A program made the translations under genes and the position numbers. The notes beneath the pieces are model-generated. The model was not told the DNA's origin. It ran no database searches and saw nothing but the letters and a program-made list of their open reading frames with translations. Of a DNA stretch of 64,000 nucleotides, positions 1 to 15,000 are shown one piece after another. The stretch's first letter is position 1. Every line of letters starts with the position of its first letter. The DNA comes from Nemertoderma westbladi (lineage: Eukaryota; Animalia; Xenacoelomorpha), in contig JAUCBJ010001154.1 in assembly GCA_032718475.1 (NCBI GenBank), forward strand, positions 1-64,000, given 5' to 3'.

Positions 1-3000
1 AGTTCTACACTAGCTACTCTAATGCAACAAGGTGAGTCTGGTAAAGTTCAACACTAACTACTCTAATGCAACAAGGTGAGTCTGGTAAAGTTCAACCCTA
101 GCTACTCTAATGCAACAAGGTGAGTCTGGTAAAGTTCTACACTAGCTACTCTAATGCAACAAGGTGAGTCTGGTAAAGTTCTACCCTAGCTACTCTAATG
201 CAACAAGGTGAGTCTGATAAAGTTCTACACTAGCTACTCTAATGCAACAAGGTAAGTCTGGTAAAGTTCTACACTAGCTACTCTAATGCAACAAGGTGAG
301 TCTGGTAAAGTTCAACCCTAGCTACTCTAATGCAACAAGGTGAGTCTGGTAAAGTTCAACACTAGCTACTCTAATGCAACAAGGTGAGTCTGGTAAAGTT
401 CAACCCTAGCTACTCTAATGCAACAAGGTGAGTCTGATAAAGTTCTACACTAGCTACTCTAATGCAACAAGGTAAGTTTGGTAAAGTTCTACACTAGCTA
501 CTCTAATGCAACAAGGTGAGTCTGGTAAAGTTCAACCCTAGCTACTCTAATGCAACAAGGTGAGTCTGATAAAGTTCTACACTAGCTACTCTAATGCAAC
601 AAGGTAAGTTTGGTGAAGTTCAACCCTAGCTACTCTAATGCAACAAGGTGAGTCTGGTAAAGTTCAACACTAGCTACTCTAATGCAACAAGGTGAGTCTG
701 ATAAAGTTCTACACTAGCTACTCTAATGCAACAAGGTAAGTTTGGTAAAGTTCAACCCTAGCTACTCTAATGCAACAAGGTGAGTGTGGTAAAGTTCTAC
801 ACTAGCTACTCTAATGCAACAAGGTGAGTCTGATAAAGTTCTACACTAGCTACTCTAATGCAACAAGGTGAGTCTGGTAAAGTTCTACACTAGCTACTCT
901 AATGCAACAAGGTAAGTTTGGTAAAGTTCTACACTAGCTACTCTAATGCAACAAGGTGAGTCTGGTAAAGTTCGACCCTAGCTACTCTAATGCAACAAGG
1001 TGAGTCTGGTAAAGTTCAACCCTAGCTACTCTAATGCAACAAGGTGAGTCTGGTAAAGTTCTACACTAGCTACTCTAATGCAACAAGGTAAGTTTGGTAA
1101 AGTTCTACACTAGCTACTCTAATGCAACAAAGTGAGTCTGATAAAGTTCTACACTAGCTACTCTAATGCAACAAGGTAAGTCTGGTAAAGTTCTACACTA
1201 GCTACTCTAATGCAACAAGGTGAGTCTGATAAAGTTATACAATAGCTACTCTAATGCAACAAGGTGAGTCTGGTAAAGTTCTACACTAGCTACTCTAATG
1301 CAACAAGGTAAGTTTGGTAAAGTTCTACACTAGCTACTTTAATGCAACAAGGTGAGTCTGATAAAGTTCTACACTAGCTACTCTAATGCAACAAGGTGAG
1401 TCTGATAAAGTTCTACACTAGCTACTCTAATGCAACAAGGTGAGTCTGATAAAGTTATACAATAGCTACTCTAATGCAACAAGGTGAGTCTGGTAAAGTT
1501 CTACACTAGCTACTCTAATGCAACAAGGTAAGTTTGGTAAAGTTCTACACTAGCTACTCTAATGCAACAAGGTGAGTCTGATAAAGTTCAACACTAACTA
1601 CTCTAATGCAACAAGGTAAGTCTGGTAAAGTTCAACACTAGCTACTCTAATGCAACAAGGTAAGTTTGGTAAAGTTCTACACTAGCTACTCTAATGCAAC
1701 AAGGTAAGTCTGATAAAGTTATACAATAGCTACTCTAATGCAACAAGGTGAGTCTGGTAAAGTTCTACACTAGCTACTCTAATGCAACAAGGTAAGTTTG
1801 GTAAAGTTCTACACTAGCTACTCTAATGCAACAAGGTGAGTCTGATAAAGTTCAACACTAACTACTCTAATGCAACAAGGTGAGTCTGGTAAAGTTCAAC
1901 ACTAGCTACTCTAATGCAACAAGGTGAGTCTGGTAAAGTTCAACACTAGCTACTCTAATGCAACAAGGTGAGTCTGGTAAAGTTCAACCCTAGCTACTCT
2001 AATGCAACAAGGTGAGTCTGATAAAGTTCTACACTAGCTACTCTAATGCAACAAGGTAAGTCTGGTAAAGTTCTACACTAGCTACTCTAATGCAACAAGG
2101 TGAGTCTGGTAAAGTTCAACCCTAGCTACTCTAATGCAACAAGGTGAGTCTGATAAAGTTCTACACTAGCTACTCTAATGCAACAAGGTAAGTCTGGTGA
2201 AGTTCAACCCTAGCTACTCTAATGCAACAAGGTGAGTCTGGTAAAGTTCTACACTAGCTACTCTAATGCAACAAGGTAAGTTTGGTAAAGTTCTACACTA
2301 GCTACTCTAATGCAACAAGGTGAGTCTGATAAAGTTCTACACTAGCTACTCTAATGCAACAAGGTAAGTTTGGTGAAGTTCAACCCTAGCTACTCTAATG
2401 CAACAAGGTGAGTCTGATAAAGTTCTACACTAGCTACTCTAATGCAACAAGGTGAGTCTGGTAAAGTTCAACACTAGCTACTCTAATGCAACAAGGTGAG
2501 TCTGATAAAGTTCTACACTAGCTACTCTAATGCAACAAGGTAAGTCTGGTAAAGTTCAACCCTAGCTACTCTAATGCAACAAGGTGAGTGTGGTAAAGTT
2601 CTACACTAGCTACTCTAATGCAACAAGGTGAGTCTGATAAAGTTCTACACTAGCTACTCTAATGCAACAAGGTGAGTCTGGTAAAGTTCTACACTAGCTA
2701 CTCTAATGCAACAAGGTGAGTCTGATAAAGTTCAACACTAGCTACTCTAATGCAACAAGGTGAGTCTGGTAAAGTTCAACACTAGCTACTCTAATGCAAC
2801 AAGGTGAGTCTGGTAAAGTTCAACCCTAGCTACTCTAATGCAACAAGGTGAGTCTGATAAAGTTCTACACTAGCTACTCTAATGCAACAAGGTAAGTTTG
2901 GTGAAGTTCAACCCTAGCTACTCTAATGCAACAAGGTGAGTCTGGTAAAGTTCTACACTAGCTACTCTAATGCAACAAGGTAAGTTTGGTAAAGTTCTAC

Positions 3001-6000
3001 ACTAGCTACTCTAATGCAACAAGGTGAGTCTGATAAAGTTCTACACTAGCTACTCTAATGCAACAAGGTAAGTTTGGTGAAGTTCAACCCTAGCTACTCT
3101 AATGCAACAAGGTGAGTCTGATAAAGTTCTACACTAGCTACTCTAATGCAACAAGGTGAGTCTGGTAAAGTTCAACACTAGCTACTCTAATGCAACAAGG
3201 TGAGTCTGATAAAGTTCTACACTAGCTACTCTAATGCAACAAGGTAAGTTTGGTAAAGTTCAACCCTAGCTACTCTAATGCAACAAGGTGAGTGTGGTAA
3301 AGTTCTACACTAGCTACTCTAATGCAACAAGGTGAGTCTGATAAAGTTCTACACTAGCTACTCTAATGCAACAAGGTGAGTCTGGTAAAGTTCTACACTA
3401 GCTACTCTAATGCAACAAGGTGAGTCTGATAAAGTTCAACACTAACTACTCTAATGCAACAAGGTGAGTCTGGTAAAGTTCAACCCTAGCTACTCTAATG
3501 CAACAAGGTGAGTCTGGTAAAGTTCTACACTAGCTACTCTAATGCAACAAGGTGAGTCTGGTAAAGTTCAACCCTAGCTACTCTAATGCAACAAGGTGAG
3601 TCTGATAAAGTTCTACACTAGCTACTCTAATGCAACAAGGTAAGTTTGGTAAAGTTCTACACTAACTACTCTAATGCAACAAGGTGAGTCTGGTAAAGTT
3701 CAACCCTAGCTACTCTAATGCAACAAGGTGAGTCTGGTAAAGTTCAACACTAGCTACTCTAATGCAACAAGGTGAGTCTGGTAAAGTTCAACCCTAGCTA
3801 CTCTAATGCAACAAGGTGAGTCTGATAAAGTTCTACACTAGCTACTCTAATGCAACAAGGTAAGTTTGGTAAAGTTCTACACTAGCTACTCTAATGCAAC
3901 AAGGTGAGTCTGGTAAAGTTCAACCCTAGCTACTCTAATGCAACAAGGTGAGTCTGATAAAGTTCTACACTAGCTACTCTAATGCAACAAGGTAAGTTTG
4001 GTGAAGTTCAACCCTAGCTACTCTAATGCAACAAGGTGAGTCTGGTAAAGTTCAACACTAGCTACTCTAATGCAACAAGGTGAGTCTGATAAAGTTCTAC
4101 ACTAGCTACTCTAATGCAACAAGGTAAGTTTGGTAAAGTTCAACCCTAGCTACTCTAATGCAACAAGGTGAGTGTGGTAAAGTTCTACACTAGCTACTCT
4201 AATGCAACAAGGTGAGTCTGATAAAGTTCTACACTAGCTACTCTAATGCAACAAGGTGAGTCTGGTAAAGTTCTACACTAGCTACTCTAATGCAACAAGG
4301 TAAGTTTGGTAAAGTTCTACACTAGCTACTCTAATGCAACAAGGTGAGTCTGGTAAAGTTCGACCCTAGCTACTCTAATGCAACAAGGTGAGTCTGGTAA
4401 AGTTCAACCCTAGCTACTCTAATGCAACAAGGTGAGTCTGGTAAAGTTCTACACTAGCTACTCTAATGCAACAAGGTAAGTTTGGTAAAGTTCTACACTA
4501 GCTACTCTAATGCAACAAAGTGAGTCTGATAAAGTTCTACACTAGCTACTCTAATGCAACAAGGTAAGTCTGGTAAAGTTCTACACTAGCTACTCTAATG
4601 CAACAAGGTGAGTCTGATAAAGTTATACAATAGCTACTCTAATGCAACAAGGTGAGTCTGGTAAAGTTCTACACTAGCTACTCTAATGCAACAAGGTAAG
4701 TTTGGTAAAGTTCTACACTAGCTACTTTAATGCAACAAGGTGAGTCTGATAAAGTTCTACACTAGCTACTCTAATGCAACAAGGTGAGTCTGATAAAGTT
4801 CTACACTAGCTACTCTAATGCAACAAGGTGAGTCTGATAAAGTTATACAATAGCTACTCTAATGCAACAAGGTGAGTCTGGTAAAGTTCTACACTAGCTA
4901 CTCTAATGCAACAAGGTAAGTTTGGTAAAGTTCTACACTAGCTACTCTAATGCAACAAGGTGAGTCTGATAAAGTTCAACACTAACTACTCTAATGCAAC
5001 AAGGTAAGTCTGGTAAAGTTCAACACTAGCTACTCTAATGCAACAAGGTAAGTTTGGTAAAGTTCTACACTAGCTACTCTAATGCAACAAGGTAAGTCTG
5101 ATAAAGTTATACAATAGCTACTCTAATGCAACAAGGTGAGTCTGGTAAAGTTCTACACTAGCTACTCTAATGCAACAAGGTAAGTTTGGTAAAGTTCTAC
5201 ACTAGCTACTCTAATGCAACAAGGTGAGTCTGATAAAGTTCAACACTAACTACTCTAATGCAACAAGGTAAGTTTGGTAAAGTTCTACACTAGCTACTCT
5301 AATGCAACAAGGTGAGTCTGATAAAGTTCAACACTAACTACTCTAATGCAACAAGGTAAGTCTGGTAAAGTTCAACCCTAGCTACTCTAATGCAACAAGG
5401 TGAGTCTGGTAAAGTTCTACACTAGCTACTCTAATGCAACAAGGTAAGTCTGATAAAGTTATACAATAGCTACTCTAATGCAACAAGGTGAGTCTGGTAA
5501 AGTTCAACACTAGCTACTCTAATGCAACAAGGTAAGTCTGGTAAAGTTCTACACTAGCTACTCTAATGCAACAAGGTGAGTCTGATAAAGTTATACAATA
5601 GCTACTCTAATGCAACAAGGTGAGTCTGGTAAAGTTCTACACTAGCTACTCTAATGCAACAAGGTAAGTTTGGTAAAGTTCTACACTAGCTACTTTAATG
5701 CAACAAGGTGAGTCTGATAAAGTTCTACACTAGCTACTCTAATGCAACAAGGTGAGTCTGATAAAGTTCTACACTAGCTACTCTAATGCAACAAGGTGAG
5801 TCTGATAAAGTTATACAATAGCTACTCTAATGCAACAAGGTGAGTCTGGTAAAGTTCTACACTAGCTACTCTAATGCAACAAGGTAAGTTTGGTAAAGTT
5901 CTACACTAGCTACTCTAATGCAACAAGGTGAGTCTGATAAAGTTCAACACTAACTACTCTAATGCAACAAGGTAAGTCTGGTAAAGTTCAACACTAGCTA

Positions 6001-9000
6001 CTCTAATGCAACAAGGTAAGTTTGGTAAAGTTCTACACTAGCTACTTTAATGCAACAAGGTGATTCTGATAAAGTTCTACACTAGCTACTCTAATGCAAC
6101 AAGGTGAGTCTGATAAAGTTCTACACTAGCTACTCTAATGCAACAAGGTGAGTCTGATAAAGTTATACAATAGCTACTCTAATGCAACAAGGTGAGTCTG
6201 GTAAAGTTCTACACTAGCTACTCTAATGCAACAAGGTGAGTCTGATAAAGTTCAACACTAACTACTCTAATGCAACAAGGTAAGTCTGGTAAAGTTCTAC
6301 ACTAGCTACTCTAATGCAACAAGGTAAGTTTGGTAAAGTTCTACACTAACTACTCTAATGCAACAAGGTGAGTCTGGTAAAGTTCAACCCTAGCTACTCT
6401 AATGCAACAAGGTGAGTCTGATAAAGTTCTACACTAGCTACTCTAATGCAACAAGGTGAGTCTGATAAAGTTCTACACTAGCTACTCTAATGCAACAAGG
6501 TGAGTCTGATAAAGTTCAACACTAACTACTCTAATGCAACAAGGTGAGTCTGGTAAAGTTCAACCCTAGCTACTCTAATGCAACAAGGTGAGTCTGATAA
6601 AGTTCTACACTAGCTACTGTAATGCAACAAGGTGAGTCTGATAAAGTTCTACACTAGCTACTCTAATGCAACAAGGTGAGTCTGATAAAGTTCTACACTA
6701 GCTACTCTAATGCAACAAGGTGAGTCTGATAAAGTTCAACCCTAGCTACTCTAATGCAACAAGGTGAGTCTGGTAAAGTTCTACACTAGCTACTCTAATG
6801 CAACAAGGTGAGTCTGGTAAAGTTCAACGCTAGCTACTCTAATGCAACAAGGTGAGTCTGATAAAGTTCTACACTAGCTACTCTAATGCAACAAGGTGAG
6901 TCTGATAAAGTTCAACACTAACTACTCTAATGCAACAAGGTGAGTCTGGTAAAGTTCAACCCTAGCTACTCTAATGCAACAAGGTGAGTCTGGTAAAGTT
7001 CTACACTAGCTACTCTAATGCAACAAGGTGAGTCTGGTAAAGTTCAACCCTAGCTACTCTAATGCAACAAGGTGAGTCTGATAAAGTTCTACACTAGCTA
7101 CTCTAATGCAACAAGGTAAGTTTGGTAAAGTTCTACACTAACTACTCTAATGCAACAAGGTGAGTCTGGTAAAGTTCAACCCTAGCTACTCTAATGCAAC
7201 AAGGTGAGTCTGGTAAAGTTCAACACTAGCTACTCTAATGCAACAAGGTGAGTCTGGTAAAGTTCAACCCTAGCTACTCTAATGCAACAAGGTGAGTCTG
7301 ATAAAGTTCTACACTAGCTACTCTAATGCAACAAGGTAAGTTTGGTAAAGTTCTACACTAGCTACTCTAATGCAACAAGGTGAGTCTGGTAAAGTTCAAC
7401 CCTAGCTACTCTAATGCAACAAGGTGAGTCTGATAAAGTTCTACACTAGCTACTCTAATGCAACAAGGTAAGTTTGGTGAAGTTCAACCCTAGCTACTCT
7501 AATGCAACAAGGTAAGTTTGGTGAAGTTCAACCCTAGCTACTCTAATGCAACAAGGTGAGTCTGATAAAGTTCTACACTAGCTACTCTAATGCAACAAGG
7601 TGAGTCTGGTAAAGTTCAACACTAGCTACTCTAATGCAACAAGGTGAGTCTGATAAAGTTCTACACTAGCTACTCTAATGCAACAAGGTAAGTTTGGTAA
7701 AGTTCAACCCTAGCTACTCTAATGCAACAAGGTGAGTGTGGTAAAGTTCTACACTAGCTACTCTAATGCAACAAGGTGAGTCTGATAAAGTTCTACACTA
7801 GCTACTCTAATGCAACAAGGTGAGTCTGGTAAAGTTCTACACTAGCTACTCTAATGCAACAAGGTGAGTCTGATAAAGTTCAACACTAACTACTCTAATG
7901 CAACAAGGTGAGTCTGGTAAAGTTCAACCCTAGCTACTCTAATGCAACAAGGTGAGTCTGGTAAAGTTCTACACTAGCTACTCTAATGCAACAAGGTGAG
8001 TCTGGTAAAGTTCAACCCTAGCTACTCTAATGCAACAAGGTGAGTCTGATAAAGTTCTACACTAGCTACTCTAATGCAACAAGGTAAGTTTGGTAAAGTT
8101 CTACACTAACTACTCTAATGCAACAAGGTGAGTCTGGTAAAGTTCAACCCTAGCTACTCTAATGCAACAAGGTGAGTCTGGTAAAGTTCAACACTAGCTA
8201 CTCTAATGCAACAAGGTGAGTCTGGTAAAGTTCAACCCTAGCTACTCTAATGCAACAAGGTGAGTCTGATAAAGTTCTACACTAGCTACTCTAATGCAAC
8301 AAGGTAAGTTTGGTAAAGTTCTACACTAGCTACTCTAATGCAACAAGGTGAGTCTGGTAAAGTTCAACCCTAGCTACTCTAATGCAACAAGGTGAGTCTG
8401 ATAAAGTTCTACACTAGCTACTCTAATGCAACAAGGTAAGTTTGGTGAAGTTCAACCCTAGCTACTCTAATGCAACAAGGTGAGTCTGGTAAAGTTCAAC
8501 ACTAGCTACTCTAATGCAACAAGGTGAGTCTGATAAAGTTCTACACTAGCTACTCTAATGCAACAAGGTAAGTTTGGTAAAGTTCAACCCTAGCTACTCT
8601 AATGCAACAAGGTGAGTGTGGTAAAGTTCTACACTAGCTACTCTAATGCAACAAGGTGAGTCTGATAAAGTTCTACACTAGCTACTCTAATGCAACAAGG
8701 TGAGTCTGGTAAAGTTCTACACTAGCTACTCTAATGCAACAAGGTAAGTTTGGTAAAGTTCTACACTAGCTACTCTAATGCAACAAGGTGAGTCTGGTAA
8801 AGTTCAACCCTAGCTACTCTAATGCAACAAGGTGAGTCTGGTAAAGTTCAACCCTAGCTACTCTAATGCAACAAGGTGAGTCTGGTAAAGTTCTACACTA
8901 GCTACTCTAATGCAACAAGGTAAGTTTGGTAAAGTTCTACACTAGCTACTCTAATGCAACAAAGTGAGTCTGATAAAGTTCTACACTAGCTACTCTAATG

Positions 9001-12000
9001 CAACAAGGTAAGTCTGGTAAAGTTCTACACTAGCTACTCTAATGCAACAAGGTGAGTCTGATAAAGTTATACAATAGCTACTCTAATGCAACAAGGTGAG
9101 TCTGGTAAAGTTCTACACTAGCTACTCTAATGCAACAAGGTAAGTTTGGTAAAGTTCTACACTAGCTACTTTAATGCAACAAGGTGAGTCTGATAAAGTT
9201 CTACACTAGCTACTCTAATGCAACAAGGTGAGTCTGATAAAGTTCTACACTAGCTACTCTAATGCAACAAGGTGAGTCTGATAAAGTTATACAATAGCTA
9301 CTCTAATGCAACAAGGTGAGTCTGGTAAAGTTCTACACTAGCTACTCTAATGCAACAAGGTAAGTTTGGTAAAGTTCTACACTAGCTACTCTAATGCAAC
9401 AAGGTGAGTCTGATAAAGTTCAACACTAACTACTCTAATGCAACAAGGTAAGTCTGGTAAAGTTCAACACTAGCTACTCTAATGCAACAAGGTAAGTTTG
9501 GTAAAGTTCTACACTAGCTACTCTAATGCAACAAGGTAAGTCTGATAAAGTTATACAATAGCTACTCTAATGCAACAAGGTGAGTCTGGTAAAGTTCTAC
9601 ACTAGCTACTCTAATGCAACAAGGTAAGTTTGGTAAAGTTCTACACTAGCTACTCTAATGCAACAAGGTGAGTCTGATAAAGTTCAACACTAACTACTCT
9701 AATGCAACAAGGTAAGTTTGGTAAAGTTCTACACTAGCTACTCTAATGCAACAAGGTGAGTCTGATAAAGTTCAACACTAACTACTCTAATGCAACAAGG
9801 TAAGTCTGGTAAAGTTCAACCCTAGCTACTCTAATGCAACAAGGTGAGTCTGGTAAAGTTCTACACTAGCTACTCTAATGCAACAAGGTAAGTCTGATAA
9901 AGTTATACAATAGCTACTCTAATGCAACAAGGTGAGTCTGGTAAAGTTCAACACTAGCTACTCTAATGCAACAAGGTAAGTCTGGTAAAGTTCTACACTA
10001 GCTACTCTAATGCAACAAGGTGAGTCTGATAAAGTTATACAATAGCTACTCTAATGCAACAAGGTGAGTCTGGTAAAGTTCTACACTAGCTACTCTAATG
10101 CAACAAGGTAAGTTTGGTAAAGTTCTACACTAGCTACTTTAATGCAACAAGGTGAGTCTGATAAAGTTCTACACTAGCTACTCTAATGCAACAAGGTGAG
10201 TCTGATAAAGTTCTACACTAGCTACTCTAATGCAACAAGGTGAGTCTGATAAAGTTATACAATAGCTACTCTAATGCAACAAGGTGAGTCTGGTAAAGTT
10301 CTACACTAGCTACTCTAATGCAACAAGGTAAGTTTGGTAAAGTTCTACACTAGCTACTCTAATGCAACAAGGTGAGTCTGATAAAGTTCAACACTAACTA
10401 CTCTAATGCAACAAGGTAAGTCTGGTAAAGTTCAACACTAGCTACTCTAATGCAACAAGGTAAGTTTGGTAAAGTTCTACACTAGCTACTTTAATGCAAC
10501 AAGGTGATTCTGATAAAGTTCTACACTAGCTACTCTAATGCAACAAGGTGAGTCTGATAAAGTTCTACACTAGCTACTCTAATGCAACAAGGTGAGTCTG
10601 ATAAAGTTATACAATAGCTACTCTAATGCAACAAGGTGAGTCTGGTAAAGTTCTACACTAGCTACTCTAATGCAACAAGGTGAGTCTGATAAAGTTCAAC
10701 ACTAACTACTCTAATGCAACAAGGTAAGTCTGGTAAAGTTCTACACTAGCTACTCTAATGCAACAAGGTAAGTTTGGTAAAGTTCTACACTAGCTACTCT
10801 AATGCAACAAGGTGAGTCTGATAAAGTTCAACACTAACTACTCTAATGCAACAAGGTAAGTCTGGTAAAGTTCTACACTAGCTACTCTAATGCAACAAGG
10901 TAAGTTTGGTAAAGTTCTACACTAGCTACTTTAATGCAACAAGGTGAGTCTGATAAAGTTCTACACTAGCTACTCTAATGCAACAAGGTGAGTCTGATAA
11001 AGTTCTACACTAGCTACTCTAATGCAACAAGGTAAGTTTGGTAAAGTTCTACACTAGCTACTTTAATGCAACAAGGTGAGTCTGATAAAGTTCTACACTA
11101 ACTACTCTAATGCAACAAGGTAAGTCTGGTAAAGTTCTACACTAGCTACTGTAATGCAACAAGGTGAGTCTGATAAAGTTCTACACTAGCTACTCTAATG
11201 CAACAAGGTAAGTTTGGTAAAGTTCTACACTAGCTACTTTAATGCAACAAGGTGAGTCTGATAAAGTTCTACACTAGCTACTCTAATGCAACAAGGTGAG
11301 TCTGATAAAGTTCTACACTAGCTACTGTAATGCAACAAGGTGAGTCTGATAAAGTTCTACACTAGTTACTCTAATGCAACAAGGTAAGTTTGGTAAAGTT
11401 CTACACTAGCTACTTTAATGCAACAAGGTGAGTCTGATAAAGTTCTACACTAGCTACTCTAATGCAACAAGGTGAGTCTGATAAAGTTCTACACTAGCTA
11501 CTCTAATGCAACAAGGTGAGTCTGATAAAGTTCTACACTAGCTACTCTAATGCAACAAGGTAAGTTTGGTAAAGTTCTACACTAGCTACTTTAATGCAAC
11601 AAGGTGAGTCTGATAAAGTTCTACACTAGCTACTCTAATGCAACAAGGTGAGTCTGATAAAGTTCTACACTAGCTACTCTAATGCAACAAGGTAAGTTTG
11701 GTAAAGTTCTACACTAGCTACTTTAATGCAACAAGGTGAGTCTGATAAAGTTCTACACTAACTACTCTAATGCAACAAGGTAAGTCTGGTAAAGTTCTAC
11801 ACTAGCTACTGTAATGCAACAAGGTGAGTCTGATAAAGTTCTACACTAGCTACTCTAATGCAACAAGGTAAGTTTGGTAAAGTTCTACACTAGCTACTTT
11901 AATGCAACAAGGTGAGTCTGATAAAGTTCTACACTAGCTACTCTAATGCAACAAGGTGAGTCTGATAAAGTTCTACACTAGCTACTGTAATGCAACAAGG

Positions 12001-15000
12001 TGAGTCTGATAAAGTTCTACACTAGTTACTCTAATGCAACAAGGTAAGTTTGGTAAAGTTCTACACTAGCTACTTTAATGCAACAAGGTGAGTCTGATAA
12101 AGTTCTACACTAGCTACTCTAATGCAACAAGGTGAGTCTGATAAAGTTCTACACTAGCTACTGTAATGCAACAAGGTGAGTCTGATAAAGTTCTACACTA
12201 GCTACTCTAATGCAACAAGGTAAGTTTGGTAAAGTTCTACACTAGCTACTTTAATGCAACAAGGTGAGTCTGATAAAGTTCTACACTAGCTACTCTAATG
12301 CAACAAGGTGAGTCTGATAAAGTTCTACACTAGCTACTCTAATGCAACAAGGTGAGTCTGATAAAGTTATACAATAGCTACTCTAATGCAACAAGGTAAG
12401 TTTGGTAAAGTTCTACACTAGCTACTTTAATGCAACAAGGTGAGTCTGATAAAGTTCTACACTAGCTACTCTAATGCAACAAGGTGAGTCTGATAAAGTT
12501 CTACACTAGCTACTCTAATGCAACAAGGTGAGTCTGATAAAGTTATACAATAGCTACTCTAATGCAACAAGGTGAGTCTGGTAAAGTTCTACACTAGCTA
12601 CTCTAATGCAACAAGGTGAGTCTGATAAAGTTCAACACTAACTACTCTAATGCAACAAGGTAAGTCTGGTAAAGTTCTACACTAGCTACTCTAATGCAAC
12701 AAGGTAAGTTTGGTAAAGTTCTACACTAGCTACTCTAATGCAACAAGGTGAGTCTGATAAAGTTCAACACTAACTACTCTAATGCAACAAGGTAAGTCTG
12801 GTAAAGTTCTACACTAGCTACTCTAATGCAACAAGGTAAGTTTGGTAAAGTTCTACACTAGCTACTTTAATGCAACAAGGTGAGTCTGATAAAGTTCTAC
12901 ACTAGCTACTCTAATGCAACAAGGTGAGTCTGATAAAGTTCTACACTAGCTACTCTAATGCAACAAGGTAAGTTTGGTAAAGTTCTACACTAGCTACTTT
13001 AATGCAACAAGGTGAGTCTGATAAAGTTCTACACTAACTACTCTAATGCAACAAGGTAAGTCTGGTAAAGTTCTACACTAGCTACTGTAATGCAACAAGG
13101 TGAGTCTGATAAAGTTCTACACTAGCTACTCTAATGCAACAAGGTAAGTTTGGTAAAGTTCTACACTAGCTACTTTAATGCAACAAGGTGAGTCTGATAA
13201 AGTTCTACACTAGCTACTCTAATGCAACAAGGTGAGTCTGATAAAGTTCTACACTAGCTACTGTAATGCAACAAGGTGAGTCTGATAAAGTTCTACACTA
13301 GCTACTCTAATGCAACAAGGTAAGTTTGGTAAAGTTCTACACTAGCTACTCTAATGCAACAAGGTGAGTCTGGTAAAGTTCTACACTAGCTACTCTAATG
13401 CAACAAGGTGAGTCTGATAAAGTTCAACACTAACTACTCTAATGCAACAAGGTAAGTCTGGTAAAGTTCAACACTAGCTACTCTAATGCAACAAGGTAAG
13501 TTTGGTAAAGTTCTACACTAGCTACTTTAATGCAACAAGGTGAGTCTGATAAAGTTCTACACTAGCTACTCTAATGCAACAAGGTGAGTCTGATAAAGTT
13601 ATACACTAGCTACTCTAATGCAACAAGGTGAGTCTGGTAAAGTTCAACACTAGCTACTCTAAAGCAACAAGGTAAGTTTGGTAAAGTTCTACACTAGCTA
13701 CTTTAATGCAACAAGGTGAGTCTGATAAAGTTCTACACTAGCTACTCTAATGCAACAAGGTGAGTCTGATAAAGTTCTACACTAGCTACTCTAATGCAAC
13801 AAGGTAAGTTTGGTAAAGTTCTACACTAGCTACTTTAATGCAACAAGGTGAGTCTGATAAAGTTCTACACTAGCTACTCTAATGCAACAAGGTGAGTCTG
13901 ATAAAGTTCTACACTAGCTACTCTAATGCAACAAAGTGAGTCTGATAAAGTTCTATACTAGCTACTCTAATGCAACAAGGTGAGTCTGATAAAGTTATAC
14001 AATAGCTACTCTAATGCAACAAGGTGAGTCTGGTAAAGTTCTACACTAGCTACTTTAATGCAACAAGGTGAGTCTGATAAAGTTCTACACTAGCTACTCT
14101 AATGCAACAAGGTGAGTCTGATAAAGTTCAACACTAACTACTCTAATGCAACAAGGTAAGTCTGGTATAAAGTTCTACACTAGCTACTCTAATGCAACAA
14201 GGTAAGTTTGGTAAAGTTCTACACTAGCTACTTTAATGCAACAAGGTGAGTCTGATAAAGTTCTACACTAGCTACTCTAATGCAACAAGGTGAGTCTGAT
14301 AAAGTTATACAATAGCTACTCTAATGCAACAAGGTAAGTTTGGTAAAGTTCTACACTAGCTACTTTAATGCAACAAGGTGAGTCTGATAAAGTTCTACAC
14401 TAGCTACTCTAATGCAACAAGGTGAGTCTGATAAAGTTCTACACTAGCTACTCTAATGCAACAAGGTGAGTCTGGTAAAGTTCAACACTAGCTACTCTAA
14501 TGCAACAAGGTAAGTTTGGTAAAGTTCTACACTAGCTACTTTAATGCAACAAGGTGAGTCTGGTAAAGTTCAACACTAGCTACTCTAATGCAACAAGGTA
14601 AGTTTGGTAAAGTTCTACACTAGCTACTTTAATGCAACAAGGTGAGTCTGATAAAGTTCAACACTAACTACTCTAATGCAACAAGGTAAGTCTGGTATAA
14701 AGTTCTACACTAGCTACTCTAATGCAACAAGGTAAGTTTGGTAAAGTTCTACACTAGCTACTTTAATGCAACAAGGTGAGTCTGATAAAGTTCTACACTA
14801 GCTACTCTAATGCAACAAGGTAAGTTTGGTAAAGTTCTACACTAGCTACTTTAATGCAACAAGGTGAGTCTGATAAAGTTCTACACTAGCTACTCTAATG
14901 CAACAAGGTAAGTTTGGTAAAGTTCTACACTAGCTACTCTAATGCAACAAGGTGAGTCTGATAAAGTTCAACACTAACTACTCTAATGCAACAAGGTAAG